This document shows, in pieces, positions 50,895-64,000 of a DNA stretch of 64,000 bases. The notes under the pieces are model-generated. The model saw only the letters and a list, made by a program, of their open reading frames with translations. It ran no database searches and was not told where the DNA came from. The DNA is taken from assembly GCF_006345805.1 (NCBI RefSeq), contig NC_043011.1:1488001-1552000 (forward strand), in the 5' to 3' direction. The position numbers were made by a program, and so were the translations under genes. Position 1 is the stretch's first letter. Each line of letters begins with the position of its first letter. This DNA is from Octopus sinensis. Taxonomy: Eukaryota.

Positions 50895-53800
50895 AGAGGA
50901 CTACAAGCATTTTTGTATGATAACCTACTGGTTATCAAAGAGAGAATAAAGTAGTGTTGGAGCAATGGAACAGCCCTGTTGATAGAGTCATAAAAGCTAA
51001 AAGGCAGAGGTGAAAAACAAGAAGAAAATTTCAAGGAGCAACATTAGATAGCAAGAAGGGAAGCTAAGTGCAAGGTATATGTAGCTAGTGGCGAAGCCAA
51101 AAATAAGAAATCATAGGTAGAAGTGTATCCAGGATGATAGTGGAGCACATGCCTTTACTGATGCAGAAAAGAAAGAGCCATGAAAGTGCTATTATGCATG
51201 GTTACTGAATGAGGAGGATGCATTAGAGGAAAAGTGACTACTCCAACTACAGCCTACACTCACCCAACAAAGTGACTACTCCAACTACAGTCTACACTCA
51301 CCCAACAAAGTGACTACTCCAGCTACAGCCTACACTCACCCAACAAAGTGACTACTCCAACTACAGCCTACACTCACCCAACAAAGTGACTACCCCAACT
51401 ACAGCCTATACTCACCCAACAAAGTGACTACTCCAACTACAGCCTACACTCACCCAACAAAGTGACTACTCCAACTACAGTCTACACTCACCCAACAAAG
51501 TGACTACTCCAGCTACAGCCTACACTCACCCAACAAAGTGACTACTCCACTACAGCCTACACTCACCAACAAAGTGACTACTCCACTACAGCCTACACTC
51601 ACCCAACAAAGTGACTACTCCAACTACAGTCTACACTCACCCAACAAAGTGACTACTCCAGCTACAGCCTACACTCACCCAACAAAGTGACTACCCCAAC
51701 TACAGCCTACACTCACCCAACAAAGTGACTACTCCAACTACAGCCTATACTCACCCAACAAAGTGACTACTCCAACTACAGCCTACACTCACCCAACAAA
51801 GTGACTACTCCAACTACAGCCTACACTCACCCAACAAAGTGACTACTCCAGCTACAGCCTACACTCACCCAACAAAGTGACTACTCCAACTACAGCCTAC
51901 ACTCACCCAACAAAGTGACTACTCCAACTACAGTCTACACTCACCCAACAAAGTGACTACTCCAGCTACAGCCTACACTCACCCAACAAAGTGACTACTC
52001 CAACTACAGCCTACACTCACCCAACAAAGTGACTACTCCAACTACAGCCTACACTCACCCAACAAAGTGACTACTCCAACTACAGCCTACACTCACCCAA
52101 CAAAGTGACTACTCCAACTACAGCCTACACTCACCCAACAAAGTGACTACTCCAACTACAGCCTACACTCACCCATCAAAGTGACTACTCCAACTACAGC
52201 CTACACTCACCCAACAAAGTGACTACTCCAACTACAGCCTACACTCACCCAACAAAGTGACTACTCCAACTACAGTCTACACTCACCCAACAAAGTGACT
52301 ACTCCAGCTACAGCCTACACTCACCCAACAAAGTGACTACTCCAACTACAGCCTACACTCACCCAACAAAGTGACTACTCCAACTACAGCCTACACTCAC
52401 CCAACAAAGTGACTACTCCAACTACAGCCTGCACTCACCCAACTCCTCTTTCCAATCTCGAGATCATATTGGACCTATTGTGCTCTGTACATTCTACTTT
52501 CATCCTTTCACCCTGTATTGCCACTCGTCAGCCTATAACACAACAGTAGATTGGATGATTAAGGATTTGAAGTCAAAGAAGTCTCCTGGTCCAACAGGAA
52601 TCATTGTGGAGTTGCTTAAAACGACCTGTAGTGTAGAACATGAGCTAGTTACTCATATTGTCATTCACATAATTCAGGAAAGCCCCATAACCAATGACTA
52701 GCAGAACAACATCATGATCAAATGATACAAAGGGCCATGTAGGTTCTTTAGAGAATTATAGAGGTATCAAATTGTAGGGTCAGCTTACAAAAACTACAGA
52801 AAATATTATAGCTCAATTACTGATGAAATGCAGTTAAGCTTTGTAGCAGGAAAAGTAATACTGCTTCTATTTTCCTAGTGAGATAACTACAAGAGACATA
52901 CTAAGTGTGGTGTAGGCTGCTCTTATTGGCATTTGTTGATCTAGAAAAGGTCTTTGACATATTTCCAGATTCTGTAATTTGGTGATTGCTGAGAAGATTA
53001 GACTTAGATGAATAGCTTATGAGAGCCATACAAGCCAAAGACAGAGATACAGTCCACATAATTAGAATCAGAAATGAGTTTAGTGATGAATTTAGCTTTC
53101 AGGTAAATTCATCAAGTGTATGTGTCAGCCCACACCTGTTCATTTCTGTCCTTCAAGCTATAAGAGGTGTTTAAGGCCAAATGCACATGAGAACTAGTTC
53201 TTACAGCTGAATCATTGTTGGATCTAAAAAGGAAATTCCAGATGAAGACAAAATCCTAGAATTGAGAGGCCTGAAAATTAAGTTGGTGAAGGCCAAATTA
53301 TTTGGAAGTAGGAGAGAAGATAGAACAGTACTAACCAAGTAAGAAGTGATCATGTTCACTATGCAGAAAAGATGGTAGGAATTCCATACAATGTGCTCAG
53401 CATAAACTATGGACATACATGAGGTGCACTGGAATCACAAGCAGAACTAACAGAGAAGGCAAACTTCATATGTGCACAGGGATAAAAAGCACTAAGAGTT
53501 GATATTAGATTCTACTGAATGACTGTAAGACTCCCTTGAAATATTTAATATTATAATAAATAGTTAATAGACCTAAGTGATCTAATTAGCGATGAGGTGG
53601 ATGTCCTAAAAGCATACTAACCAGAATAAGTTCAGGTTAGAAAAATTTCAAGGAATTATTACCTCTGTTGACAACAAAAGAATTCTTTCTTAAAGGAAAG
53701 GGAAGATTGTATGATATAGGCACACAAGGTGTGATACTTCGTGGAAGAAAACTTTCAAGGAGCTATTACCTCTGTTAACAACAAACAGATTCTTCCTCAA

Positions 53801-54190
53801 AGAAGGGCAAATTGTATGATACAGGAGTAGAAAGTGCAATATGTCATAGTGGCAAAATATGGATTTTATTTGTTGAGGATTTGCAAAGACGAGAAATAAA
53901 CAAAGTGATTCTGTTTTGCTGGATGTTTATTGTTAGCATGCATAAATGGTGGAGTAATATAAATCAGCTGAAAGAAAAACTGGATATAAGAGGACTCCTG
54001 TATAGTGTGCTAATATAGGAATATGTTGTGTATGGAAGCTTTATAAAAAAAATGCTACAGGAAACAGAACCTGTAGAAATAGATGACCAAACATTACCTA
54101 GGATGAAATGATGAAAACTGATCTCAACAAGTTGCATCTCGTGTAAGAGATGACAAAGGACTATATTGGTTGATGATTCAAGGTGTTTAA
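50895..54190 (+). mobile_element. Degenerate RTE LINE containing a 38-bp tandem array
   Basis: ARREAK...; MIKDLKSKKSPGPTGIIVELLK; AFVDLEKVFD; end region DDLNKLHLV*EMTK. Preceded by a family-A SINE head at about 50813-50895. Confidence 0.88.
51231..52443. repeat. 38-bp tandem array (about 32 units)
   Basis: Unit aaagtgactactccaactacagcctacactcacccaac; starts 51231, 51269. Confidence 0.97.
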
Positions 54191-54210
54191 GATGACCTTA
54201 TCCATCTAGC

Positions 54211-57200
54211 CAGGTCCATCACCAGACTTTGGTGCCTGGGGGTACTTCAGAATATTCTGGGTGGGCACTAATTCATAATAATGCTAAAATAGTTTCAGAA
54301 TACGTGTATTACTGCAAAGTTTTTTGACAATTTCGTCAATTTTGATTTAAAAATTGATTTACAAACCAGTGAGAAAAATTTCTCCAAATTTCTATTTTTT
54401 AAGCCCCATCCTCCTTTCCTTTTCTTCATGCTACCCCTCCCCTCATATGCAACTAGCTGTAACTTTTCATTTTTGACCTTTTACGAACATTCTTTCAGAA
54501 CTATTTTAAACACCAGAGATGTTAGTTACACAAAAATGCTTTCCGTTTTTGCCTCCACAATTCTCTTGTTTTAAAAGGTGCATCAAGCTGTAACTTGTTA
54601 AGATATATGGCTTAAGGTTCTAAGATTATGCTTTAGGGTTATGGTATAGATTTAAAGTTAGGCTTAGGATCTGTTGTTAGGGTTTAGGATTAAATGAAGA
54701 GGTATACTTCTTTTACAATGCCATAATCTTACCTGTTTTTAACAGATTTATGAAGAAATTGTTAAAAAATTTGGAATATAAACTCTGCCAATTCTAAAAC
54801 ATAATAGTGTTTTTAATTTTTATTATTGCACATTATTTTATCAAATTTAGCAATCTTAACATTATTTTAATCAATATATGACTAAATTTATTAAGTCTGG
54901 CCTATATTTTAAACAAATATTTTACAACTTCTGTAATTTGAGCTGATACTGAAAATTTATGAAATTATTGTAAACCAATTTAATTAACTAACTAACTAAC
55001 ACAAATATTATATTTATCAAAAGTTCGTTGAAATAACTGTAATTGCTTTGACTTAGAACTGAAATGTTCATAGAACTTTTCAATGCTCAGTTCTCTTGTG
55101 TAGCTATCCATGAATGCAAGTATACCAAGATTGCTTCTTCATTGATGCATCACAGAATGGTGATAAGGCATAAGTATATCAGTCAATATAGAGAAAGATG
55201 ACTTTCAAGAAACAATACCTGCAGCAAATGTAAGGAAAGCGACATTCAATTTGTAGCCGTCTGGAAAAGGAACCTTAAATGAATATATTGAAGAACAGAT
55301 ACCTGACAGCTTCTTAGAAGTAATATTTTCTAAAATGTAATGTTTAGCAACTAATAGTCCATTACAAAATGAGCTGTCCAAATAGCTTACGCTCATGAGT
55401 TCCTAAATAGAAGATAATTTGGAAACTTTTAAGAATGTTTCTGATTCAGGAGACAAAGCTATAGCAGCAAATATTTTTGTGCCATGTTCATTAAAGTAAC
55501 TTTGAAGTTCTCCAATTCAGTTGTCAAAAACACTGTTGAAAATATGATTAAAAACAATATATTTGTTATCAGAATCTTTATGACCCTGTGTTGATATTAT
55601 TACTGAATATTGTGTAATGCGCTCTGGAACTCTATGAGTGCATTGAGGAATAGAACAATCGTCTTCTAAATCAAATGTCATAGCTGAGGAGAAGATGCTC
55701 TAAAATTTTCCCTCATCTAATCTCATTTCTTTCAAAATATTCAGTACAGTATCTATAAGAAGAATTCCTTCAGACAAATTGCAGTCAAGGCATTGTAACA
55801 TTTTATTTGATACATCAAGAACTTTCAGAATATCTTCAAGAAGAATGGCAGTGAAGATAATTTTGAAGTTAGTAATCTTTTTCAAAATACCAGTTGCTTC
55901 AATTCTGATGTTTATGTCAGAACTGTTGTTCTGCATCTTGTAGTACTGGCACTGTGTGTTCATGATTGGTACATATAGTGGCAACAGTTACTAGTTGTCC
56001 TGACCACCACTGTTCAAATAAACACTTCAAATGTATACCTTTGTATGCAGTAAGCAACTTTGGTCTATGCAGAAAATTTATAAAGGGATTTACAAGCTCC
56101 ACAAAACAATTTTATGTGGCTAATCTCTTCAATCACATGAATTACAACCAGATGCAACTGATGATTGAAGCAGTGCACATAAGGAATTTGTATCCCAACT
56201 TTCTGCTACATTATATTCTCAACACTATTAGTATAGCCAGATATTACTGAGTTACCATCATGGCACTGAGATAAAATGCTTTGAAGTTTTAGTCCAGCAT
56301 CTCCAATACTTTGAATTATTGCATTAGCCTAACATTCAGCCTTAGAGTGTTTGCTCATAGTTAAAGTGATAAGGCTTTCTAACAGGATCCCTGCTTTTAT
56401 GAACCTCACAATTATTGAACCATTTTCAGTATGAGTAGGGCCATGAGTTCTATCACATTTAATTATAAAGGAAGGATATATTTGAGTGATGAATATCTTC
56501 ACTCACTTGATTCAAAACGTCTTTCATAAGTTGTATAATTTCATTTTGCATCATAACAGATGTGTATGACACATTTTTAAGTACCATTGAAAATATTTCT
56601 TTTAACTTGGAATCTTTTGTAAGAGTGTTTTAAAAAAAGCCATAAAAATAGTCCAGAAGCTTCATTTTCATTATCATTGTTAAGACAGGCAATATTTTCA
56701 TTGTAGTCACCCTGAAGTGCAAGTTCATTAAAACTGAATGACTTCTACAACAGATTGTAAATAATACTGTTTTTTTTTGTCAGTTGATCTTCATTCACCA
56801 TTATAGATGCATTCTGATTACTTGTCCTGCATTTCTGATTTTTACTCTAAACTTTCGTGGCATTTTTATGTGCAACAAAATTGTCATACCTGCTAAAACT
56901 TTTGATTTTTGACAAAGCATTATGCCAGTTAGTATATCGTTCAACTATTGCCAGAATTCTGGGATGTACGAAAATGACAATAGCAGAAAGCAGCCTTAGA
57001 CTGAACTGAAAATTCTAACAAAGGTCTGCCAATGGACCATGAAGCACAGAAGCCTGGTTTTTTTTTACTGCATTATTTAGGATGATACTCTGAATATTTT
57101 GGTCGACATGGCATCATATCTAATCCTGATAAATCAAGTTTGGGGAACACATCACGTTCTGCAGTTTGCTAGCATCAGCTGCTAAAAAAGTTAAAGGATG

Positions 57201-57300
57201 CTGTAATGAGGCAGAATTATTTACCTGTGGTTGATTTGAAATGGGAAAAAATCTTCTCATTATCAGCTTTTTTTCAGGTTTTGGAAGTTTTAGAATTTCT
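54211..57300 (-). mobile_element. hAT transposon remnant (ZMYM1-like transposase)
   Basis: N-terminal RYTNWHNALSK; core EATGILKKITNFKIIFTAILLEDIL...SNKMLQ...; dimerisation domain FLTFAAGIVS*KSSFSIL...NLGILAF. Candidate terminus CAGGTCCATCACCAG at 54211; the other terminus was not found. Confidence 0.85.
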
Positions 57301-57710
57301 GACTGTAAACATAAACATGATTGATCTTTGTCATTTCATTACTTTTTAATTTGAATAAAATACAATTTTTTTAGTTCAAGCAAAATGAAATAAAATTTCT
57401 TTTATTAAAAGCAAAATATTAAAAGTTATTATTTTGAAAAATAAAGTGTTCAGGGAATTTTCTTACTGACCATCGAAAATCTCTCTTCTGACTCAATCTT
57501 TTTAAGCTGTTTCATGATTTTCATTAAAGAGATAATGTTATCATTCAAGTTGTGAGGGCAAAATGCAATTATGGAAAATCTGAAATACTTCTTATCTTTT
57601 GCAATGACAATTAAATAAAGGATGTCAAGTTTTCACTGCTAACAAAACAAGTTTTTTAGTGAAAGTGATCAATTTCTATCTCCCTTTATAATTGCTTGTG
57701 TGTGCATATA

Positions 57711-58627
57711 TTGGGTCATCCTATAAATAATGCAGTTTTTTAATGCTTCCTTTTCAAAATTAAGATAAACAAAATTCTTTTTTAATCTAAAATATACTCT
57801 CCTTCATTTTCTATAATGCTCTTCCATCTATCTTGTAGACTTGCAAGGCCTCTCTTCCAAAATTCACCTGTTCATGATGAAAAATACCCCTCCACCACTT
57901 TTCTGACCTTGTCTACAGAATTTCATTTTTTTCCATTCAAATGATTTTGAAGACTGTGGAATAAATGATAATCAGATGAGGTAATGTCTGGCGAATATGG
58001 TGGGTGGGACATTGTTTCCCATTCAAACTGCTCCAGCCTTTGGAATGTCATCCTTGCTGTATGTGGCTGGGCATTATCCTGATGGAAGAACACCTTTTGT
58101 TTTGAAACCAAAGATGGTCATTTTCTGATGGCACATAGGTGTTGATGAATGGTTGAATGACCAAATCCAAGCTTCTCTGCTAATTTCTCAACAGTTACAA
58201 TGGGATTTTGTTCCATCAGGATTTGCAGAACCTCCTCATCAAGCTCTACAGACCTTCCAGGATGAGGCTCATCTTCTAGGCTGTAGTTTCCAGCTAGGAA
58301 TTTCTGGAACCCCTTTTATTGTTCTGGAACTACATTTATTGTCTGATCTCCACATACTACATTAACATTCCTCACACTTTTCCTTGCTCTGTTGCTAATA
58401 TTGAACTCATAATATGCCAAATATTCTCCTTTGTCACTTCCATGATAGCTTTGAAAAAATAACTGTTAAAATCGAACTGCACTCTTGACAACTTTCACTT
58501 GGAATAAGGACAAGGTAAAATTACTGCCTGCTTTCATAGAAAGTTGATGCAGGTTGTTTATCCCACCCTCTTCTGACTTTTAGTTTATCCAATTGAAAAA
58601 AAACACGCTATTTATAGGATGACACAG
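57711..58627 (-). mobile_element. Internally deleted mariner (Tc1/mariner) transposon
   Basis: TA flanks (57709-57710, 58628-58629); imperfect TIR ttgggtcatcctataaataa / ctatttataggatgacacag. Transposase FHQDNAQPH...HPPYSPDITSSDYHLF plus HTH region; first catalytic Asp region missing. Confidence 0.93.
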
Positions 58628-58673
58628 TATGTATGTGTGTTTGTAGGTGTGTGTGGGTGTACATATACACATA

Positions 58674-58712
<39 letters not shown>

Positions 58713-59280
58713 ATATACCTATGTGCATTTTGTGGTGTGTGGGTGTGCATGCTTATGTAGAATATTGTTCATGTTCATTAAACAGTTAGTGGCATTGAGT
58801 TTTTCTCTGAGGAGTTTAATTGACCGGTATTTTTTTGTGGTATGTTAACAGGGTAAGTATATGATCCAGATGGTACCAGTTTAAACAGCAATCCCTATAC
58901 ATGAGTGCGTGTATGAGTATGTGTATGTGCACATGCATGTGCATGTAAGTGTGTGTGTATGTGTGTTTGTGTAGATGGGATCAGAAGCAGTATTGATAAA
59001 GTGTAAATGAATGAGTAAATACATACATGTATATGTTTGTGTGGGTGTTTATATTGATACATATGTATTCTAAGCATCAGTTGTATATAAATCAACATCT
59101 CACCAGCACTGATTGTGGTCTTATTTTTATTGCTGTTGTTGTTATCACTGTTGTCATTGTTGATGATGTTTGTTATTTTTGCTTTTTTTTTTCATTCAGT
59201 TTCATTTATTCCTCTATAATTTTTCTGGGTAATTTTTAACCAGTCTCTTTGGTTCATCTTGCTTTTTATTTTAGTATCTA

Positions 59281-59656
59281 CTAGCAGTATCGCCCGGCGT
59301 TGCTCGGGTTTGTAAGGGAAATAACTATATAAGCATTTTTAGAGAGTTATAGCCAAAAAATAGCAAAAAGATGCATTAAAAATGGAAAAAAAATGATGGT
59401 AAATTTTTTTTAAATCGTTGACTCATCGTAGACATTTTTAGAGAGTTACTTCCCTTATATAATAGCGAAAAAAATGATGGTAAATTTTTTTTTAAATCGT
59501 AGACTCATCGTAGACGTACGCTAATACCAGAAGGGCTCGATATGAATCACGACTATAAGATACCCTGTTTTGGTTAAACTGCATCGCAAAATGTGGGATA
59601 GTTAGGAATCTAAATCGTAGGAGATAGACACACAACCTCTCTTTTATATATAAAGA
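59281..59656 (-). mobile_element. Complete non-autonomous Helitron
   Basis: 5' TC, 3' hairpin CCCGAGCAACGCCGGG plus CTAG, inserted between A and T. Confidence 0.9.
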
Positions 59657-59995
59657 TTTTTTATTCTTGTATAAGAAGAAAAGTTTGTCAGATTTCAAGA
59701 AACATACTGCAGGAAGATTTTTGTAAACTGCATTTTTAAGATCTGAATAGTGGGGCATGTGCAATGCTGTACAGTGTCCCTTCCCACTTAGTGACAGGGA
59801 ACCAGCATCTAACACTGCAAGCTAGGCAAATTAAAGGTCATAAGAATGGTGACGATGATGAAGACTTAAAGATTTAATATATTTACATGTGTGTGTATTC
59901 TTGAGACTGGAGGGAGTGTATATATATAAATGTGTATATGTATTTATGTGTGTGTATATATGTGTGTAGGTGTGTAAGTATATTTATTGCTAAGT

Positions 59996-60194
59996 CTAAT
60001 TTTGGCACAAGGCCAGCAATTTTGGAGGGGAGATAAGTTGATTACATTGATCCCAGCACCAGACTGGTACTTATTTTATCGACCCTGAAAGAATGAAAAG
60101 CAAAGTCAGCCTCGGTGGAATTGGAACTCAGAATGTGCAGATGACTGAAATGTTGCTAAGCATCTTGCCCAGCATGCTAATGATTCTGCCAGCT
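59996..60194 (-). mobile_element. SINE family B (old)
   Basis: ctggtacttattttatcgaccctgaaag...gaattggaactcagaatg. Confidence 0.8.
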
Positions 60195-61065
60195 TGTACA
60201 CTTTGCCAAATCCAATATTGCTGCTTCTGAACCACCTTGACATGCCCTTATATCCCTTTCACTCATTTTTTTCTGTCACCCTTACCTGTGTCCCTCAGCC
60301 ATCTATGATCCATGTTATCCTTTACTATGGAACCCACCTACTTCCTATCCCCTTACTACAGACCTCTTCACCCAACTTCTCCCTCCAATCTTGAAACAAT
60401 ATAGGATCTTTTGTGTTCAGTGCATTCTACCTCACTCCACCTATATGGCCATTCGTCACCCTGCTCACACTACATGCCATCATACTCTTACTTTTTTTCA
60501 CTCACACACCCTAGCTCATCTTCAGCTATCATTTTACCTCCTGCACCATATCATCTTCTGCAATCATTCTACCCTCTTGGTCATGTTTGGTCATGTCTTA
60601 GAATACTATCACTTCTTTCTTTTATGACTCATCATTATCATTCATGTCTTTATCACTCAATCACTCATGCTACTCTCTCTATGAGGAAGTTGGTGAGTAA
60701 ACAAAGACATAAGGTTCTGAGGTTCTTTTAGTCATATCGAGAATATGACTACTTCTCTAGTGCTGGTGCCATGAAAAAAGTGCATCCAGTATGCTCTTTG
60801 CAGTGAAAGATCATGAGAGTCCTTTAGTTTTGTCAAAGACTTTACACCATTCTAGAGCTGGTGCCACTAAAAAACAACGAGTACATTTTCTAAAGTGATT
60901 GGTGTTGGGAAGGGTATTGTACAAACCAAGCCAAAAAAGGAAACACAGAAGGTGATGTCGTCTAAGCGATCTAAGTGAGCAGCATTCCTTAATAAGTACT
61001 GACTGTAACTGTGGCAACCACATCCAGCATGGAAAGTAGACGAGACAAAGATGACGATGATATAT
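60195..61065. mobile_element. Old RTE fragments (minus-strand C-terminus to about 60700, plus-strand tail 60750-61065)
   Basis: ccaaacatgacc-type HV motif on minus; ggttggtgttgggaagggtat and ccagcatggaaagtagacg...gatgacgatgat on plus. Confidence 0.55.
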
Positions 61066-61173
61066 AAATATTCTGCAGGTCAGGCAGCAGCAAACATGTC
61101 AACAAGCTACACATAAGTATTTTCACTTGATTTCTTCTTTTACCTTTTTACATTTTACTTTTTCATTCCTCCT

Positions 61174-61204
<31 letters not shown>

Positions 61205-61322
61205 TGAAAACAGGACTTATTTATACTTTTTGCTACTCTCAGCAGCAAACCAATAATTTTGATTATGAAACTAGTGCAGTTTTTGTGTTTTGTTCTTTAT
61301 CTTTAAAATATGTGTGCGTTTG

Positions 61323-61331
61323 TATATATAC

Positions 61332-61410
<79 letters not shown>

Positions 61411-61421
61411 CATATATATAT

Positions 61422-61469
<48 letters not shown>

Positions 61470-61755
61470 CATTTATATATATATATATGTATATATACAT
61501 ATACATTTATATATATATATGGCCGTTTGTCAGCCTCGTCTGGCACCTGTGTCGGTGGCACATAAAATCACCCACTACACTCTCGGAGTGGTTGGCGTTA
61601 GGAAGGGCATCCAGCTGTAGAAACACTGCCAGATCTGACTGGACTGGTGCAGCTTTCGGGCTCCCCAGACCCCAGTTGAACCGTCCAACCCATGCTAGCA
61701 TGGAAAGCGGACGTTAAATGATGATGATGATGATGATGATATATATATATACATT

Positions 61756-61791
<36 letters not shown>

Positions 61792-61827
61792 CATATACAT
61801 TTATATATATATATATATATATATTAC

Positions 61828-61869
<42 letters not shown>

Positions 61870-61906
61870 TTATATATATATATTATATATTATATATATA
61901 TACATT

Positions 61907-61953
<47 letters not shown>

Positions 61954-61954
61954 T

Positions 61955-61993
<39 letters not shown>

Positions 61994-62044
61994 TTATATA
62001 AATATATATATAATATATATATATATATTTATATGAATATATAT

Positions 62045-62075
<31 letters not shown>

Positions 62076-62095
62076 TTATATGAATATACATAGAT
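61323..62095. repeat. (TA)n-rich tracts flanking an RTE 3'-end copy (61522-61740, +)
   Basis: Directly visible; the RTE tail matches 47615-47772 almost exactly. Confidence 0.92.
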
Positions 62096-63027
62096 ATATG
62101 TTAGAAGGTGAACATTTAATATTCAACGAGCAGAGGGGAAATCAATTCCTCTGGCAGAGCTTGATGTGATCTTTCTACATTATTTAATGTATTCATATGT
62201 GCTCTTTAAGTTTCATGGTGAGGCAATCTAATAGAATACAAATGAGTTTGCCATCCAATTCATCAGGCAAAACAAACATGACTATTCATGAGCAAACAAG
62301 AATGCTAAGCGAGGAGAACAAGAAGGAAGATAGTATATATATATATATATATATATATATGCAAAGGACCATAACTCACTTTTCCTAACCATGTTATATT
62401 TCTTAGAATGTCTAAGCATTTCTAGTGGAGAGTGTTCCTAATTTTGGTAATCAATTTTGTATTTGTGATAGATGCAAAGTTTACTTGATATGAAGGTTAA
62501 GTTAATTTGTATAAGCAATTTTTTGTATTTAACAGTTATTTAGTATGCAATCCTTCTATTTCTTTTCCTTTTACTACAAAGTGCAAGAGGTGATAAATTT
62601 GTGAAGGTCAAATATATGAAAGTCTAATGTTGTGAAAGGTGAAGTTTATGAAGGTCTATATTTAACTTGGATTCCTTTGAATGCTATTTTAATAAAATAA
62701 GTGAAGCCTAGATATTATAGAGATGTGTAATGTATCTAAATTTGTAAGTATCAAGTGCATGCCTGCATGAGTCCTGATCTGAGTGAAATTTTCCAATCTG
62801 CTTCTTTGAACTTGTCAGTTCACAGACACCTATTAAAGTACCTGCCTTTGGTGATTAGGTAAATTGATCGGTTGGGTAAGCTTTTCAACCCATCCAGTAT
62901 GTACACTTTCTCCTCTATGCAAAATTGCCATTTCCCATTGACATATGATCTAAATCCTTTGAGAATTGTCCTTCTGATACCATAACCAATGTTGTGCTGT
63001 CTCAGTTTCTAAATATAGCTGACCAAT

Positions 63028-63437
63028 AGGCGCAGGAGTGGCTGTGTGGTAAGTAGCTTGTTTACCAACCACATGGTTCCGGGTTCAGTCCCACTGCGTG
63101 GCATCTTGGGCAAGTGTCTTCTGCTATAGCCTCGGGCCAACCAAAGCCTTGTGAGTGGATTTGGTAGACAGAAACTGAAACAAGCCCGTCGTATATATGC
63201 ATATATATATGTATATATATGTGTGCGTGTATCTTTGTGTTCGTCCCCCTAGCATTGCTTGACAACCGATGCTGGTGTGTTTAAGTCCCCATCACTTAGC
63301 AGTTCGGCAAAAGAGACTGATAGAATAAGTACTGGGCTTACAAAGAATAAGTCCCGGGGTCGAGTTGCTCGATTAAAGGCGGTGCTCCAGCATGGCCACA
63401 GTCAAATGACTGAAACAAGTAAAAGAGTAAAAGAGTA
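63028..63437 (+). mobile_element. SINE family A, full length
   Basis: As above. Confidence 0.93.
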
Positions 63438-63657
63438 ATGTCATTGTAGTCAGAAAGATGCATAGTGATTATAAAATTCTTACTTGCAACTACGTTTTTT
63501 CCAAAGGGTTTGGTTGAGGTAACATTGGCCCCATACATGACCAATTTTACATTTGCATGTCATGTCTAACGCTTATTCTTTCTAACTTTTCCATATGTAG
63601 GCATTTTTTTTACTTAATGAATAAGATGGCTGGCACATATTTACAGTGCAGTTAGGT

Positions 63658-63726
63658 TATACATACATACATACATACATACATACATACATACATACAT
63701 ACATACATACATACATACATACACAC

Positions 63727-63757
<31 letters not shown>

Positions 63758-63957
63758 TACATACATACATACATACATACATACATACATACATACATAC
63801 ATGCAAGCATGCATGCATACATGCATGCATACATACATACATACACACATGCATACATACATACATACATACATACATACATACATACATACATACATAC
63901 ATACATACATACATACATACATACATACATACATACATACATACATACATACATACT
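63658..63957. repeat. (ATAC)n microsatellite
   Basis: Directly visible; explains the MYVC ORFs. Confidence 0.97.
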
Positions 63958-64000
63958 TGCATGCCTACAGACAGACATTGTTGTATGGGACCACAAGAAA

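Noticed and set aside
54610-54700. Telomere-like TTAGGG sequence
   Set aside because: Only scattered degenerate hexamers inside the hAT subterminal region; no array.

Overview
This is an AT-rich, repeat-saturated eukaryotic window. The SINE, RTE and Helitron families and the (TA)n/(ATAC)n microsatellites match what I recall of octopus (coleoid cephalopod) genomes; that assignment is inferred from recall, not from a search. I recognise no intact host protein-coding gene, RNA gene or CRISPR array. Almost all listed ORFs are microsatellite, tandem-repeat or antisense artefacts. Transposon content: an internally deleted Gypsy LTR element with both LTRs, PBS and PPT and nested Helitrons (4.0-6.9 kb); R4/Dong-like and many RTE LINE remnants; two hAT transposase remnants; a mariner with both TIRs; two piggyBac-type MITEs; a Helitron RepHel fragment; and more than 20 tRNA-derived SINEs. 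Three large tandem arrays (61, 55 and 38 bp units) each demonstrably grew out of the element they sit in. The best leads are a 116-nt pre-miRNA-like hairpin (21318-21433), a minimal hammerhead-ribozyme motif (29939-29976), a decayed non-transposon ORF (possibly a very large inducible GTPase) split in frame by the 6.7-kb satellite, and a near-identical 485-bp tract shared by two dead RTE copies. I found no convincing new multi-gene system. Repeat boundaries were read by eye and are approximate to a few bases unless exact termini are quoted.
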